This document shows, one piece after another, positions 13,136 to 28,300 of a stretch of 64,000 bases of DNA. The position numbers and the translations under genes are program-made. Source of the stretch: Haliotis rufescens. Lineage: Eukaryota. The DNA lies in contig NW_025963857.1 in NCBI RefSeq assembly GCF_023055435.1, positions 12,896,001-12,960,000 of the forward strand. The letters are read 5' to 3'. Each line of letters opens with the position of its first letter. Position 1 is the first letter of the stretch. The notes under the pieces were generated by a model. That model searched no databases and was not told the origin of the DNA. It saw only the letters and a list, made by a program, of their open reading frames with translations.

Positions 13136-14854
13136 GTATCAAGTAAAAAAACAGCTGCATGAATATAGAGATAACATTGCGCACTAAAATTGAAATAAAC
13201 TGAAATTGCATAAGCATTTGTAGTAGATCATGCAACAAAAGATACCAACTGCAAGCCAGTATTGTACAACGTCAACCCACATTATCAATTCGGAATGAAT
13301 AAATCCTACATGCCAACTTGCAAATAGAACTATATTACTTTTAGTACTTTTAGTACTTTTGATACACATTACTTAGAAGTTGACGGATGACAAAGTAGAC
13401 ACAATTTATGGATGACAATTTCTTTAATTACTCTAAAAGCGAAGTTTCGGTACAGATCCTTATACCGTTGTCAAGCAAGACTGAATGAAGAACATGGTAC
13501 AGAATTTGTATAGTAGGTGGAGGATTAACAGTAACAACAATTGCATACATGAGTGGGATGCTTACTCATGTTACCCCACTTGTGACCATGACAAGCAAAT
13601 AGCAGATATCAGCGGGCAATTTCAAACGTGCTGGTGTACACTAGTCAATTGCAAGTTTGGATTACGAAGGGAAATGACTTGAAGATGATAACAGATAAAG
13701 GATATCAGTGGGAAATTTCAAAAGTGCCAGAGTACACTCATTCGTGACCAACTCGTGTTATTCCGGGACAAGCCCAATAGCGACTCGTGCCCCCCTCATG
13801 GACATTTTTGCGACCGGGTTCCGTCTTAGCGCAAACGGGCATACCTAAAACATTTGTCAACTCGTTGCGTAATGGATATTTCCCCATATTTCCCCATATA
13901 TTATATATATTTCAGATGGAATTTAAAGCACATCGGGACATGCAGAATTATCCAGAATGATTGAACACATGTAACTGTGTTTTGAGTATATCTTTAGATG
14001 GAAGATAAATATAAAATCAAAAAATATTTCTGAGGGATTCTTTGACGAAGAACTTGAAATCATACGCGCATTCTGATTGGTTTGTCGTATTTCGTACATA
14101 ACATTCATCGATAGGGGGACGAGTCTTCTTGCGGGTTACGAAGGGAATTGCTTGATGGTGATAAGAAGGTGAGTAGAAATATAATGTACATTCAGATTTA
14201 TTAAGGTGACTACGTTATATATAAATGTTCTCACTGTGAAATGATCGAAACTTTGATTCAATCACCATCTCGCTCCAACTTGGGTAATACTTAAATACGT
14301 AAACACGTGTAGTGCCGATCTGTGTACAAGGGTCGTGAGTACTACTATATCTGATCGAATCCAAATAAGCATCAACAAAAAAAGAAGAAGAACAAAACCA
14401 CCCCAAGAAGAATAGTCTTTTTATTTGGAATGGTGCGACAGCATATATTTCAGTTTTAATTCAAACTCAAAACAAAATCGCAAACACTATGCTAATGAAA
14501 GTGATAGCTGTGAGGTCATTTGAGTATTAGGGACCAACCATTTGATATTTTGTGTGTGTGTGTGTGTGTGTCTGTGTGTGGTGGAGAAAGGGAGGGAAGA
14601 GGGGTATGGGGGTTATTATGGATATTTTTTCAGCTGCAGCTACTTTAACATTTTTTTTATAACTACGAACCTAAAAACTTTTTGAAATGGATCTTGCAAC
14701 AATATGTTGTTAATGTCAAATATCAACATGATCGGTACCTTAGAACTAATTACGGTAGCAGGAGGAGCATGGTATGCCAATTTCTCGCTCGTGGACCCAA
14801 GCATTTTGATGTCGGGCATTGAGTATTTCTATAAAAGAACTGATTGTGTTATTC

Positions 14855-16118
14855 TTATTGGATATTGCACCACCATTTAGAAGTGTTTTTTTTGGGAAGT
14901 GGTCCATTGAATTTGGGTTTGGTCCCTTGCAAGTCTTCAATACACTTCATATAACTTTTCTTTGAGCAATTATGGTCGTACATTGTTTCGTCCAGGTAAT
15001 ACACTGTCACCTTCTCCAGGTCCTTCTGGCTCAGACTTTTGATAAACTCGAACAAATCGGATCGACCGTGGCCGCTGAAATGACTCTTCAGTGTTTGTTT
15101 GACTTTGCAGGAACTTGAGCCCACGTAGATCGTCTGCCAGTTATAGGCGATCTTGTACACTCCTCGGACATAATTTGGGATATGGTCCAGCTCGGTGAAG
15201 GGGATCTGGCCCTTCTGTAGGACCTTGCAGGGCTTCAGCTTCAGCAGCCCCTAGAACAGATGAACAGAATGTGACCAAAGGTTGCATCACCTGTTGCGAT
15301 AAAACAAACAGGATTTTGATGTCATACAGGACTTTTAATCAGATTGAGATCCAACCATACTTGAAACGTGTTGTCGTGATACACCGTGATACCCTGGCCT
15401 GATTGTCAAGTTTGACCCGATTACAAGTATTAACACGTTTCACTTTCATTGAATTGGTTATTGCTGGCGTGAGTTGCGTTTAAGGAGAGTCTGAGCTCCA
15501 TATGTCAAGCTGGGCTCTGGGACTGGTAGTTTATTATCGGGGTGGGTGAGATTGCCTGTTTAATTTTGTTTCTGTCTTTTTTTGTGGAGGAGAGGGGGTG
15601 GGGGGTGAGGGGTGGGGTGGGTGGGGTGCAGGGGTGTTACCTGGGTGGTGGGGGCATGAAACATACAGTCCTATGACCATTCACTAGGAGTTAATAATAA
15701 CAATACAGTTTGAAGATCATACCTCAATCCCAAGAGAATCCGTGCCTGCTTTTTGTCCAGTCGTTGTACCCTTAGGCTTTTTGTTTGCAGGTCCGCCACT
15801 GACATCATCCAAGGCTCGTTTCTTGGTGTCAAATAGACTTCCAAAGTCGGATGATGACCATGCCGTTGTACCCAACAGTGGGAATGATGTTATGCCTGAT
15901 ACAGCCTCAGAGGATGCAGTTGGCATCCCTGAATCACACGTGGGCTCAGAGACGTCATCGTTATCCACCTCAATAGGGCTGATCCTCATGATGGTGTGGT
16001 CAATGGGAGAACATCCACACTTAGCACAGTCCGTCGTTTCATTGCTGTCCGGACTGGTGTAGCTGTAGCAGTTCTGACATTTGCAGCCGAATTTGGTGTG
16101 GAGTCCTGATGTTTCCAT
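14855..16118 (-). CDS. Cys-finger + GIY-YIG-like protein, paralog 3 (exon 1 16118-15723, exon 2 15250-14855; ~263 aa, ends CNIQ)
   Basis: Duplicate of paralog 2 with the same splice sites and intact frames. Confidence 0.85.
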
Positions 16119-16872
16119 CGCAATGAACTGAAAGATAAGGTGTACTGACCTTTTGGATCAACATCTTCACACAAAAATTGCATCGTTTACAAGTATTCGA
16201 TGTGAATAGTGTTATATGCCGCAATCGGGACCAGGCAAACGTGTTGGTCATAGCCGACCATGCTGTCGTGTCACAGTGACACGCAATTATCCCGGCAACA
16301 CATTTAAATCACCACATCTTCAAAATAGTCGCCCTTTGTGTATATATCGCGTCCCTTGAAGCGCGAAGACTAATGTGGAGGTTCACAGCATTTAGATAGA
16401 TTTGGACTTTGGATACATTTAGTCACAGAAATACAGTTATGGGGCTATAATGTACGTATGGTGTGTGTTTGTGTGCGTGTGTATGGTATAATGTACGTAT
16501 GGTATGTGTGTGTGCGTGCGTGTACTTGTGCGTGTGTGTGTGTTTGTGTGTGCGTGTACTTGTGCGTGTGTGTGTGTGTGTGTGTGTGTGCGTGGTATGG
16601 TGTGGGGTGGGTGTGTGGGTACCTACCTGTTTGTGTATGATTGTGTGCGTGACTTTATAAGTAATTTGGCGTGTGTGTGTGCGTGCGAGCGTGCGTGTTC
16701 ATTACCCAACCTTAATTTTAAACATTGTGTTAGTATTTGTCTTATTTTACCTTACCCAGATCATGACGTTATAATTTGCTTTTATGTCTAAGTGCCTGGT
16801 AGGCCATACCTGGTCGGATGTTATATTTTACTGTTCGTGTACGTGTTTTAGTATGAAGTGTATATAACATGT

Positions 16873-17019
16873 NNNNNNNNNNNNNNNNNNNNNNNNNNNN
16901 NNNNNNNNNNNNNNNNNNNNNNNNNNNNNNNNNNNNNNNNNNNNNNNNNNNNNNNNNNNNNNNNNNNNNNNNNNNNNNNNNNNNNNNNNNNNNNNNNNNN
17001 NNNNNNNNNNNNNNNNNNN
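16873..17019. other. Assembly gap
   Basis: Run of N. Confidence 1.
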
Positions 17020-19939
17020 ATGTGTTCCTGGCTACTAATGTTCTACACTGCGTAGTAACAGTGTGTACACACACCCACTCACACACGCCCGCACATACAC
17101 ACTCACACACGCCCGCACATACACAGTTGTACACACAGTATTGATCGATTTGTTTCCAGGAAATTGAAACGGTCTTCACCAGCTGCGCCCAACTTTGGGA
17201 AAAGTGGGTTAAGAGATACGAATATAGTCTGTATTAAACTTTGTTCAGCGTGCCAGAGAAAACTAAAACAAAAAGTGTAAGATGTGAAGAAGAAGAAGAA
17301 GAAGAAACTTATTTCATTAGTGTTTCACGTACTGTCTACATATCATATATCATGTCTATTTATATAACATACTTAAGCATACACTGAACATACTAACTAA
17401 AATACTACTACTAATACATATTTAAACATTGTAATGTTGTAGATTGTCACATAAAACTAAAACAAATAGCGTAAAATATGTATGTTATATAACATACTTA
17501 GGAATAACAGTAAGTATGTTAACTAGAATAGGACTTTACTTTTGCCCACCTTGAGCATTAGCGATGTACAAGATATTAACCTGTGCGTTAGCAATTGTAA
17601 TGTGGTGAACGGTGCATCTGTGACGAACTCTTATATGCCCACCCATGTCAAGTCTAGTAATAAGTGTAACTGATCCAGCAGTTAAGTCCAGCAATTTTGA
17701 CATGAACAGCTTTCACATGATTATGACTTCAACTCATTCACTAGCACATCGGCTCCACTGGTGGCCGCACACACTGTGCAGAGTTGCGTCTCTTGGGCAC
17801 GCCAGAAACCTATGATTGTTGGTTCGAATCCCTGTTCGCCCCGATTATGTTTCTAGATTTGTCAGCACCATACCGGTGCTCGTGGGTTTCACCGAAGTTG
17901 TAAACGTCTAAGACCTGCATCACTTCGGGCTTTCCTCCCACATTAAGCTGACACGCTGTGATATAACTGGAATACTGTTAAAAGCGGCGTAAAACCCAAC
18001 GCACTCACTCATTAGCACATCAGGTTCAGGGTGAACACTGTCACCAGAAACTGAATATAACTAATCCCGCTATCGTTCTAAGGTCCACTGCTTGTTGTTT
18101 TATCAACGTTGATCACTCTGAGTGGTCAACAATGTTTGTTTGTTGTTAAACCCCGCACTCAGCAATATTCCAGCTATATGACAGCGGTCTGTAAATAATC
18201 TGAACCAGACAATCCAGTGACTGACATCATGAGAATCGATCTACGCAATTGGGATATGATGACATGCATCAACCAAGTCAGCGAGCCTGACCACCCGATC
18301 CCGTTAGTCGCCTTTTACGACAAGCACAGTCGCCTTTTACGGCAAGCGTGGTTTGCTGAAGACCTATTCTATTCCGGATCTTCACGGGTCGTGGTAACCA
18401 TTGAAACAGATACAATCAAACCAGGCAAACCAGGTATTGCCGATTGTTAGCTGTACACCTGAATCTACTGTCGGATGCATTATCGATGCACACATATGCA
18501 CAAACCACCTACCTTTTAACACCTGTCTTACTGCACAAGGACCAAGGACGTGCATTGGTGTTCCCCTGATAAGAAATTGACGCTTATCTGTGGGCGGGGC
18601 TTTGTGACTTTTCCTGGAAACTTTGACAGCTCATTCGTGTCAACATATCACTAGGCAAACAATGCATATCGAGCACTACGGGTAGGCGTCACGTAGTTTA
18701 AAGATATAAATGTTTTCGCCTAACTGGCTTGTGTAAACAACGCTCTGTCTCTTACACCATTACATTTGTGTTGACATCAAAACTTTAAGGCCCAGAAAAA
18801 TTAAAATAGTAGCAAGACCATTCATGTTACCAACACTAAAGCCATGTGCGTATAAGCTTGACACATATTTAACTCAATGTACAAACCTACCACTGTTTTC
18901 TATAAAATCATCTACAGACATGTTATGGTTGACATCTCTTGTTAAATCCTGTCACCATACAATGCTGTTGTCATACCAAAACCCTTTATATAGTAGTACA
19001 TAGTGCTTCTAGTGTTACGATAAATAAGTAAAGGAAGTGAAGTGGAGACTCCCAATAAAAACCGCACTGACATACTGCAATATTTGAAATATATGTCTTT
19101 CAACTTTTTGAAGATTGGGGGCGGGTCGGGTAGCCTTGTGGTGTTCGCTCGTCACGCCGAAGACGGGTTCTATTCCCGACATGGGTAGAATAGTGCTGGA
19201 ATATTGCTAAAAGCAGCGTAAAACCGTTCTCACTCACTATGTCTATTGAGATAACTGTATCAAAAAGTTGGGTTTTTTTAAAATCAGCGTACGTACTAGA
19301 ATGCGTTACATCATCTGGTTACAGATTCTAAAGGCGGGTGGCAGCTTGAAGAAATAACTTGGTGCAAAACGAAGTTTTACAAAATATTTCTTGTAGCTGC
19401 ATACCATTTCTTAACTTGTAGGGAGGGTGGGGTATCCTATTGGTTAAAACGCATTCCCTCGTCATACCGTAGATCCCGGTTCGATTACCCTACATGGGCA
19501 CAATGTGTGACGCCCATTTCTAGTGTTCCCCGCCGCAATATTGGTGGAATATTGCTAAAAGCGGTGTAAAACCTTACTCACTCACTCTTAAATTGTAATG
19601 ATTATCTATACTCACCGCCAAAAGAAACGCGAACCATCGAAACTTATAGAGAAGTATGTACGTAACGAAGAGAGTTTTCCAATGTGTACCAATTAATGAC
19701 AAAACTAACCATCAGTCAAGTGTTACCACAGAGTGTCTTTATTCTTTGCACGATATACTGCACGTGATTTAAAACAACTTTACACGCTAATCCTGCACGG
19801 TGCATCTCGAGTCATGGATCTATGACGTCACATGTGATGTGTTCATGAGCATTGGTTCACACAACATACCAGTTTATTCCTTTGTGCATTGTCTAAAGCA
19901 TTATCTATCTCACTGTATACATACGTGAGTTGACTTATG

Positions 19940-20736
19940 TGGAATCTCCAGATATAAAACCCGAGTGCAATTTTGACAAAGTATCATTATCTCTGAGAAT
20001 AATAAAGACATACTTGAAGACACACGTCTCGATGCCTTGGTAAAACATTGCAATCGTTGCAAGTCTTTCTTACACTAACATGTGCAAATACTGGACAGTG
20101 GTCAGTGCAAATAGGATCAAGTACTCCAGACTTCACAACTTTATTTTTGTGTGTGCAGAAAATTATATCAATTAATGTGCTGGAATGCGACGTGGTTGCT
20201 GTTGGTTCTTTAATTATCTGCCTTAGACCACGTGTGTCCTCCAAATTTAAGACACCTGCCTTCTGATTTCAAAGACAAGCAACATTAAAATCACCTTTCA
20301 TAATTGTGATCATATTAAGATCGACAACATTTACCAATAGATTCCTCTATCATATTAGAATAATTTATGCTTTTATCTGCACGGTACATGGTACCTGTGA
20401 GCAAATTTTCATTTTCAATTTTAACTTGTACCCAAACTACCTCAAGATCCACTTGTACTAGATCATCAAGTCTTTTAGCAGATAGACAGTTTCTAACATA
20501 TGTAACTACATCGCCTCCCCTTGCTGGTCTGTCACACCTAAATGGTATTTGGAAGCCAGGTAATGCAATACCACAGCCAGCCAGGTCTCACTCAAACATA
20601 TCACATCATATTTTAATAATTCAGCTGCTATGCTATCTGTTTTGTCCTTGAGACTACAGACATTAATATGGATTACCTTCATGTCTGCATATGTCTTTGG
20701 TCCAGGTTTAACTCTATATCCCCACAAGTAATACAA
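19940..20736 (-). pseudogene. Decayed LINE APE fragment (duplicate of 12340-13135)
   Basis: Same motifs (HINVCSL, CLSETWL, TLIDIIF, DHCPV). Confidence 0.8.
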
Positions 20737-23348
20737 GTATCAAGTAAAAAAACAGCTGCATGAATATAGAGATAACATTGCACACTAAAATTTAAATTAA
20801 CTGAAATTGCATAAGCATTTGTAGTAGATCATGCAACAAAAGATACCAACTGCAAGCCAGTATTGTACAACGTCAACCCACATTATCAATTCGGAATGAA
20901 TAAATCCTACATGCCAACTTGCAAATAGAACTATATTACTTTTAGTATGGTGAGGAAAGGTTTGATACACATTACTTAGAAGTTGACGGATGACAAAGTA
21001 GACACAATTTATGGATGACAATTTCTTTAATTACTCTAAAAGCGACGTTTCGGTACAGATCCTTATACCGTTGTCAAGCAAGACTGAATGAAGAACATGG
21101 TACAGAATTTGTAGAGTAGGTGGAGGATTAACAGTAACAACAATTGCATACATGAGTGGGATGCTTACTCATGTTACCCCACTTGTGACCATGACAAGCA
21201 AATAGCGGATATCAGCGGGTAATTTCATACGTGCTGGTGTACACTAGTCAATTGCAAGTTTGGATTACGAAGGGAAATGACTTGAAGATGATAACAGATA
21301 ACGGATATCAGTGGGAAATTTCAAAAGTGCCAGTGTACACTCATTCGTGACCAACTCGTGTTATTCCGGGACAAGCCGAATAGCGACTCGTGCCCCCCTC
21401 ATGGACATTTTTGCGACCGGGTTCCGTCTTAGCGCAAACGGGCATACCTAAAACATTTGTCAACTCGTTGCGTAATGGATATTTCCCCATATTTCCCCAT
21501 ATATTATATATATTTCAGATGCAATTTAAAGCACATCGGGACATGCAGAATTATCCAGAATGATTGAACACATGTAACTGTGTTTTGAGTATATCTTTAG
21601 ATGGAAGATAAATATAAAATCAAAAATTATTTCTGAGGGATTCTTTGACGAAGAACTTGAAATCATACGCGCATTCTGATTGGTTTGTCGTATTTTCGTA
21701 CATAACATTCATCGATAGGGGGACGAGTCTTCTTGCGGGTTACGAAGGGAATTGCTTGATGGTGATAAGAAGGTGAGTAGAAATATAGTGTACATTCAGA
21801 TTTATTAAGGTGACTACATTATATATAAATGTGTAGTGATGTTATCTCGATAGAAACGTATAATGTTATGGCATTATGAGTGAACCATATAAGGATTCAC
21901 TATCACGTCATTACCTAAAGCAGCCCAAGGATCGTATGGGCTATGCTGTAAAGTAATACTGAGATATAAAATCATGTTTGGTAGCAGGCGCAACGTACAC
22001 ACTTTAACAGCAATGCATATTAATCAACAATGTTTTCCTGGAGATTTGCTCAAGGATTCGGAGTAATGTGGCAATTTTGAAGTAGAATATATGAGTAAAC
22101 ATTGACCGTTAACAGTTAGTTAGCAAGATAAAAAGATGGCTTGTTGTTGTTCCTCATCAACTTGGCTGCTGGCCCTTTCATGCTGTGAAGCTTTGTTAAT
22201 TACATAGGTGTGTGTGGACAACATGTAACTATATACAACGTGTGTGTGTGTGCGCGTGCGCGTGCGCGTGCGCGTGCGTGCGCATGCGTGCGCGTGCTTG
22301 CGCGTACACTCGTTTAGCATGTAGAACTACCGTTTAACACAAACTCACATTGCAGTGTAATCTATCATATCTGTTACAGACTTGACTTTCACAATTCAGA
22401 CATAACGCATGCACTGATACTGCCCGCGATTTATAACTACATACGTTATCAGTGTGAACTTGGTGAAAGTTTACTGTGACACTGCACTCGTATAATATAG
22501 CATAATCTTTTTAGAGGGAGTGGGCACTCGGCGATTTCCGATGGATCTTATGCACGACTTCTGCGCATGCTCGGTAACATCAAATGGCTCCTACCTTACT
22601 TGACAAATTTAACTTGTTTGATACGCATTACTTAGAACTTGACCGGTGACAAGGTACACACAGTTTTGTGGATAACATCTTCTTTTAAACTGTAAAAAGC
22701 GACGTCAACATGGTTACGCCGGGTGATTGTTAAAATCAGAAGTCATAGCTACAGCCAGACAACATGGCACTCCATACTCATTTCTAATATTCTCTGATTA
22801 TTGGTAGCAAAGTTTAGTAGAACACCTGAAAATATATCCGGAGCAAACCACGAAGCTTCCTCTTATTAATTTCTAACAAGAAAAATGTGGGGAATTGTCT
22901 TGACCCTGTTTTTAGCTACGTAGATTTGTGGCTTGGTAAGTCTATAGCGTTATAAACCGAAATAAATTACGTGTACATGTATTTTTTTAATTATGTTTCT
23001 TTATATTGATATCAGTCTTGAAACGTTTTCTGTTTTAGATGATGTGGCTAGAACCGGCAGAGACACCATGAGCAGGAAGTAAACAGCAACAAAGGGACGT
23101 AACGCTATGGGATTAAATTTCTGCTGTTTTTGCTTGTTTCCGGCGGTATTCCGATTCTGTCTTCCTGTATTTCCGAGTGACTACGGGAACCAGCGAACAG
23201 AGATATTCCCATTTCCAGCAACGAATCGACCATGAGTGCACCGGAGCGGGACCATCTTCCAGCGGTTCCACTATACAGCAGACCTCGTCACTATATGGCT
23301 GAGATACTGCCGATGTGACGTTAAATTTGAACTCACTCACTCACTATA

Positions 23349-23523
23349 CAGTAGACTACGGTTAAAACAAACACGCTTATAACGAACTGACGGATATAAC
23401 GAACTTACATTTTGGTCCCGACTATTTGCTGTAGTTATGCTGTTTATATGCTTATAACGAACTACGGTTATAACGAACTAAAATAAGTAGTCCCTTTGAT
23501 TTCGTTTTAACAGTAGTTTACTG
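23349..23523. mobile_element. 175-bp MITE with CAGT-start TIRs and TA flanks (Tc1/mariner/pogo type)
   Basis: TA|CAGTAGACTACGGTTAAAAC...GTTTTAACAGTAGTTTACTG|TA; same-length copies at 49234 and 62940. Confidence 0.85.
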
Positions 23524-25370
23524 TATATTGTAGATAAATGACTAATAAGTGTCCACTCTCTCTTTGTATAGTCTCCATGACGGCATATATCAACATAGGT
23601 AAAGTAGTTCACAAATATTTAGCATAACGCTTTCATAGTCCCGGAAGGTCCCGACAACTGATATATGCAGCTATCTTAGTAGGTGCATTGAGATAACGTT
23701 GATTTATCAGTCAGCACACATGTAGCAACAATATGAATATAAAAACGTATCGCTGCCGACCCAGCAACATAAAAATTACAATCAGTAATAAATCAGATCC
23801 TCTTACCTGCCGCCGATCAAGTAATGTGTCTAACGCAGGTGATATCCAGCCAAACGACTTTCAGAAACGAAGATACCGGTGTTAAGTCAGTTTTGTTACA
23901 CCTTGCAGAGGGTCCATATCAGCAAAACATCTAGTTGGGTAATCAGCCGGGCGCATGGTGTTATCTCGTATGGTGACCGAAGAACGAAAATTTGAGATCC
24001 TGTGCCAAGGATTGATAGCTAGCCAAACGTGGCTACCCTTACTTAGGCTGGGCAAACATATAGTGATATACCTTAAGCTTGGCTCTCCCTAGACTAACAC
24101 AAACTGCCGGGCAAAAGAAAGGATACACTGCAAACGTGGACTTGACCAAAACATTACAAACATCATCAAAACGTTACAAGGCTGAAACAGTCGCCGAAAT
24201 ACTGCAAACTTAAGGTCCAAAAGACACATATAATATCCGTATGAAATACATCACCATCGAATAACCATTTCTTGTTGGTTTCATTTTTATCACCATCAAA
24301 CATGGGCGCATGTTTTCATTTCCCTGCCGGCTAATGTATAAATAACGTTATGTGTAAGGTTTATATATATAATAATTCTCTAAAGGAACCCCAAGTCTCT
24401 TCATTCAAAAATTTGACGTTGTTGTTCGGGTTCCAAACAAACATATCTTTCTGCAATCTGTTTTGACTGATATGTGATATTGCCTCAATACATTTGTCAC
24501 CGAGTGACCTTCTTTGTTAAACTATGTTTGGTGTAATTGTATAGTCTACTATAGTGACGTCATATCTGTCACGTGGCTGTGCTTCTATGTCAGTCAGCCA
24601 ATCAGCCAATTGCTACCCAAATCTTACTGTACAACAGCTAAAGTCAATATGGCCCCTCCTAGTTATTCTGCGCTTAATCCCCATCGCAGATAATTGATAG
24701 TGCTTTGTTACAGGTTATTTTTATGTTTATATGATGGTATTCCGCACACCATGTACACAAAAAAACATTTGAGACGGCTCGATCCCCGCTCGCGCCATAC
24801 CTAAAGACCTTAAAAGATGGTACCTGGCTCTATTCTATAACAAAATGTTTCTTTTTATAGAGAGGTTGCATTGTTTTCACAACAAGAAGATGTCAGTACA
24901 ACTGTAACACTTTATGAGTACAACTGGACTCAAACATAAATATAGTTATCATTCTTATTTGAAGTTGTTCTCAGGGTTTATACGCCAATATATAAACTCT
25001 AAAGATGAAAAGCAAAAACTGACGCAACTGTAGGTCATTATGCAAAGCTATAGAGAAATTATATCAACCATACCATGATTTAAGTCGGAAAACAATCACT
25101 CGACTCTGTTCATTCCGGAAGTAGAATCAACTCGACCCTTTGGGGCTCGTTGATTCTATTACCGGTTTCTACAGATTCTCATGATTTGTCCATCACGGAA
25201 TCATTCGAGAAAGGACACGAGTCCCCTTTCGGCTTGTCCTGGGGTGATGTGTGTCACAAATGTATTGTCGGAGCAAGGCCATGAAATATAAAGCCACCAG
25301 AACACAAAGTCTGGAGGAGAAATACATAACTTATCGAACTTATACACCCAGACATAGGTATACATGCATG

Positions 25371-28300
25371 TGTATTCTCTGGAGCATCGACAGACACGTG
25401 TGTAGTCTGGAGCACCAACAGACACGTGTGTAGTCTCTGGAGCATCAACAGACATATGTGAATTTACTGGAGCATCAACAGACGCGTGTGTAGTCTCTGG
25501 AGCTTCAACAGACATATGTGTAGTCTCTGGAGCATCAACAGACACATGTGTTGTCTCTGGAGCATCAACAGACACATGTGTAGTCTCTGGAGCATCAACA
25601 GACATATGTGTAGTCTCTGGAGCATCAACAGACACATGTGCAGTCTCTGGAGCATCAACAGACACATGTGTAGTCTCTGGAGCTTCAACAGACATATGTG
25701 TAGTCTCTGGGGCACCAACAGACACATGTGTAGTCTCTGGAGCATCAACAGACACATGTGTAGTCTCTGGAGCATCAACAGACATATGTGTAGTCTCTGG
25801 AGCATCAACAGACACATGTGCAGTCTCTGGAGCATCAACAGACACATGTGTAGTCTCTGGAGCTTCAACAGACATATGTGTAGTCTCTGGGGCACCAACA
25901 GACACATGTGTAGTCTCTTGAGCATCAACAGACACATGTGTAGTCTCTGGAGCATCAACAGACACATGTGCAGTTTCTGGAGCATCAACAGACACATGTG
26001 TAGTCTCTGGAGCTTCAACAGACACATGTGCAGTCTCTGGAGCATCAACAAACATATGTGTAGTCTCTGGAGCATCAACAGACATATGTGTATTCTCTGG
26101 AGCATCAACAGACACATGTGTAGTCTCTTGAGCATCAACAGACATATGTGTAGTCTCTGGAGCTTCAACAGACATATGTGTAGTCACTGGAACATCAACA
26201 GACATATGTGCAGTCTCTGGAGCATCAACAGACACATGTGTAGTCTCTGGAGCTTCAACAGACATATGTGTAGTCACTGGAGCATCAAAAGACATATGTG
26301 CAGTCTCTGGAGCATCAACAGACACATGTGTAGTCTCTGGAGCTTCAAGAGACATATGTGTAGTCTCTGGGGCATCAACAGACATATGTGTATTCTCTGG
26401 AGCATCAACAGACACATGTGTAGTCACTGGAGCATCAACAGACACATGTGTAGTCTCTGGAGCATCAACAGTCATATGTGTAGTCACTGGAGCATCAACA
26501 GATATATGTGTAGTCTCTGGAGCATCAACAGACACATGTGTAGTCACTGGAGCATCAACAGACACATGTGTAGTCTCTGGAGCATCAACAGATATATGTG
26601 TAGTCTCTTGAGCATCAACAGACATATGTGTAGTCACTGGAGCATCAACAGACATATGTGTAGTCTCTTGAGCATCAACAGACACATGTGTAGTCTCTGG
26701 AGCTTCAACAGACATATGTGTAGTCTCTGGAGCATCAACAGACATATGTGTAGTCATTGTAGCATCAACAGACACATGTGTAGTCTCTGGAGCATCAACA
26801 GTCATATGTGTAGTCTCTTGAGCATCAACAGACATATGTGTAGTCTCTGGAGCATCAACAGACATATGTGTAGTCACTGGAGCATCAACAGACACATGTG
26901 TAGTCTCTGGAGCATCAACAGTCACATGTGTAGTCTCTGGAGCATCAACAGACATATGTGTAGTCACTGGAGCATCAACAGACACATGTGTAGTCTCTGG
27001 AGAGCATCAATAGACACTTGTGTAGTCTCTGGAGTATCAAGACCAAATATGTGTAATGTCTGGAGCATCAACAGACATATGTGTAGTCTCTGGAACATCA
27101 ACAGATATATGTGTAGTCACTGGAGCATCAACAGATATATGTGATGTCTCTGGAGCATCAACAGACACATGTGTAGTCTCTGGAGCATCAACAGACATAT
27201 GTGTAGTCTCTGGAGCATCAACAGACACATGTGTAGTAACTGGAGCATCAACAGACATATGTGTAGTCTCTGGAGCATCAACAGACACATGTGTAGGCAC
27301 TGGAGCATCAACAGACACATGTGTAGTCACTGGAGCATCAACAGACACATGTGTAGTCACTGGAGCATCAAGAGACATATGTGTAGTCTCTGGAGCATCA
27401 ACAGACACATGTGTAGGCACTGGAGCATCAACAGACAGATGTGTAGTCACTGGAGCATCAACATACATATGTGTAGTCTCTGGAGCATCAACAGACATAT
27501 GTGTAGTCACTGGAGCATCAACAGATACATGTGTATTCTCTGGAGAGCATCAATAGACACTTGTGTAGTCTCTGGAGTATCAAGACCAAATATGTGTAAT
27601 GTCTGGAGCATCAACAGACATATGTGTAGTCTCTGGAACATCAACAGATATATGTGTAGTCACTGGAGCATCAACAGACATATGTGATGTCTCTGGAGCA
27701 TCAACAGACACATGTGTAGTCTCTGGAGCATCAACAGACATATGTGTAGTCTCTGGAGCATCAACAGACACATGTGTAGTCACTGGAGCATCAACAGACA
27801 TATGTGTAGTCTCTGGAGCATCAACAGACACATGTGTAGGCACTGGAGCATCAACAGACACATGTGTAGTCACTGGAGGATCAACAGACACATGTGTAGT
27901 CTCTTGAGCATCAACAGACATATGTGTAGTCTCTGGAGCATCAACAGACACATGTGTAGGCACTGGAGCATCAACAGACACATGTGTAGTCTCTTGAGCA
28001 TCAACAGACATATGTGTAGTCACTGGAGTATCAACAGACACATGTGTATTCTCTGGAGCATCAACAGACACATGTGTAGGCACTGGAGCATCAACAGACA
28101 CATGTGTAGGCACTGGAGCATCAACAGACACATGTGTAGTCTCTGGAGCATCAACAGACATATGTGTAGTCACTGGAGTATCAACAGACATATGTGTAGT
28201 CTCTTGAGCATCAACAGACATATGTAGTCACTGGAGCATCAACAGACACACGTGTAGTCTCTGGAGCATCAACAGACACATGTGTAGTCTCTTGAGCATC

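Larger units (their letters stand above)
4646..21832. repeat. Tandem segmental duplication: copy A 4646-14228, copy B 14224-21832
   Basis: The gene, (GT)n tract, SINEs and APE fragment are colinear in both copies. The junction at 14224-14228 is AATGT, shared with 4646-4650 and 21828-21832. Confidence 0.9.
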
